A DNA stretch of 32,525 nucleotides, taken from sequence record SRR31156797_506; one strand, 5' to 3'. Of this stretch, positions 30,760 through 32,525 are shown one piece after another. Every line of letters starts with the position of its first letter. Position 1 is the first letter of the stretch. A program made the translations under genes and the position numbers. The notes under the pieces were generated by a model. It made no database searches. It was not told the DNA's origin and saw nothing but the letters and a program-made list of their open reading frames with translations.

Positions 30760-32427
30760 TTACTTAGAAATACGCTTGTATTTGATGCGGTGTGGCTCAG
30801 CCGCTTGTGCACCAATCGTTTGTTTCAACCATTCCATGTATTCTGTGTAGTTACCTTCGTAGAAGTTAACCTGACCTTCATCACGGTAGTCAAGAATGTG
30901 TGTTGCGATACGGTCTAAGAACCAGCGGTCGTGCGAGATAACCATGGCACAGCCCGGGAACTCGAGTAGTGCTTCTTCAAGCGCACGCAAGGTTTCAACG
31001 TCAAGGTCGTTGGTCGGTTCATCGAGCAACAGTACGTTACCGCCAGCTTTTAGCAGTTTTGCTAGGTGAACACGGTTACGCTCACCACCAGACAGTTCGC
31101 CAATCACTTTTTGCTGATCAACACCTTTGAAGTTAAAGCGAGAACAGTATGCACGAGCAGGAATTTCAAAGTTGTTGATCTTGATGATATCAGCACCTTC
31201 AGAGATTTCCTGGAATACGGTGTTCTTGTCGTTCATGCTGTCACGGAACTGATCAACAGACGCAAGTTTCACTGTGCTACCCAGTTCGATTTCACCAGAA
31301 TCTGGCTGTTCTACACCGCTTAACATCTTGAATAGCGTTGATTTACCTGCACCGTTAGCACCGATAATGCCGACGATGGCGCCTTTAGGCATGCTGAAAG
31401 ACAGGTCATCAATCAGAACACGATCATCAAATGATTTAGTTAGGTTACGAACTTCAAGAACTTTGTCACCTAAACGCTCACCTGGCGGGATGAATAGTTC
31501 ATTCGTTTCGTTACGTTTCTGGTGATCGCCACTTTGTAGCTCTTCAAAGCGCGCCATACGAGCTTTAGATTTCGCCTGACGACCTTTAGGGTTCTTACGT
31601 ACCCATTCAAGTTCTTTCTCGATGGTTTTCTGACGCGCACTTTCCTGAGAGGATTCCTGCTTCAAACGCTCATCTTTTTGCTCTAGCCAAGAGGTATAAT
31701 TACCTTCCCATGGAATACCTTCACCACGGTCAAGTTCCAGAATCCATCCCGCAGCGTTATCAAGGAAGTAACGGTCGTGGGTAATTGCCACAACAGTACC
31801 AGTGTAATCAACAAGGAAGCGTTCTAGCCATGCAACAGACTCAGCATCCAGGTGGTTGGTTGGTTCGTCCAGAAGCAACATATCTGGCTTGTCTAGCAGT
31901 AGACGGCAGATAGCAACCCGGCGACGCTCACCACCTGACAGTACAGAAACTTTCGCGTCCCAATCGGGTAGGCGAAGTGCGTTAGCAGCGCGCTCTAGGG
32001 CATTTTCTAAGTTATGACCATCTTTAGCTTGGATTAAAGCTTCAAGTTCACCTTGTTCTTTTGCCAGAGCGTCAAAGTCAGCATCTTCTTCAGCGTACGC
32101 AGCATATACTTCATCAAGACGAGTTAGCGCGCCAGCAACGTCAGCAACCGCTTCTTCAACCACTTCACGTACCGTCTTTGATTCATCAAGAACCGGCTCC
32201 TGTGGAAGGTAACCCACTTTTAGCCCAGCTTGTGGACGAGCTTCGCCATCGATATCGGTATCGATACCCGCCATGATACGTAGTAGGGTTGATTTACCTG
32301 CACCGTTTAAACCTAGAACACCAATTTTGGCGCCTGGGAAAAAGCTTAGTGAGATGTCTTTTAGAATTTGGCGCTTAGGTGGAACAATCTTGCTCACCCG
32401 CGACATGGTATATACGTATTCAGCCAT
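30760..32427 (-). CDS. ettA: Energy-dependent translational throttle ABC-F protein EttA
   Basis: 555 aa, ISLSFFPGAKIGVLGLNGAGKST, two ABC domains, linker ELEWVRKNPKGRQAKSKARMARF. Confidence 0.97.
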   Translation of the reverse strand: MAEYVYTMSRVSKIVPPKRQILKDISLSFFPGAKIGVLGLNGAGKSTLLRIMAGIDTDIDGEARPQAGLKVGYLPQEPVLDESKTVREVVEEAVADVAGALTRLDEVYAAYAEEDADFDALAKEQGELEALIQAKDGHNLENALERAANALRLPDWDAKVSVLSGGERRRVAICRLLLDKPDMLLLDEPTNHLDAESVAWLERFLVDYTGTVVAITHDRYFLDNAAGWILELDRGEGIPWEGNYTSWLEQKDERLKQESSQESARQKTIEKELEWVRKNPKGRQAKSKARMARFEELQSGDHQKRNETNELFIPPGERLGDKVLEVRNLTKSFDDRVLIDDLSFSMPKGAIVGIIGANGAGKSTLFKMLSGVEQPDSGEIELGSTVKLASVDQFRDSMNDKNTVFQEISEGADIIKINNFEIPARAYCSRFNFKGVDQQKVIGELSGGERNRVHLAKLLKAGGNVLLLDEPTNDLDVETLRALEEALLEFPGCAMVISHDRWFLDRIATHILDYRDEGQVNFYEGNYTEYMEWLKQTIGAQAAEPHRIKYKRISK

Positions 32428-32525
32428 TGCCGAGTATTCCTAATCTATCTTTCAACATAAAGTCATTATTCTATACCAAAGTGGCGGTATTTGTTACTAG
32501 GGTCTGTTGACCTTTTGCGATGATT

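Noticed and set aside
371-32276. Other 60-120 aa ORFs nested in or antisense to arcB, arcA, thrABC, nfo, ung, the ABC genes, nupC, the deo genes and ettA
   Set aside because: Expected shadow frames of codon-biased housekeeping genes; no motifs
1-32525. CRISPR array, IS/integron, prophage, tRNA/rRNA or defence system
   Set aside because: No regularly spaced repeats, recombinase or phage genes, or tRNA-like cloverleafs seen; nearly all long ORFs have housekeeping or transport assignments

Overview
Core chromosomal segment of a Vibrio-type gammaproteobacterium, inferred from protein sequences and gene order. Gene order: arcB-lipoprotein >< arcA, a broken DUF3293-like gene, rraA-like >< small beta-barrel gene, thrL attenuator-thrABC >< grcA, nfo-(unannotated 40-aa ORF)-ung-hemerythrin >< DUF3545-like, Na+/alanine symporter, yaaA, DUF5363-like small ORF-tatD >< BMP-family nucleoside ABC operon <> nupC, deoCABD >< PilZ gene, ettA. 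I see no transposase, integrase, phage gene, rRNA, tRNA or CRISPR array. The interesting signals are small or non-coding. (1) A ~300-nt densely structured leader before deoC, with two mutually exclusive stems (riboswitch/attenuator-like). (2) A possible unit between nfo and ung: sigma54-like promoter, 40-aa basic peptide ORF and an 84-nt rod hairpin. (3) A BMP nucleoside ABC importer divergent from nupC, with CRP/CytR-like and PurR-like sites and a structured intercistronic region. (4) A DUF3293-like gene interrupted by a ~55-nt stretch. All pairings were found by eye; no folding program or database search was run.
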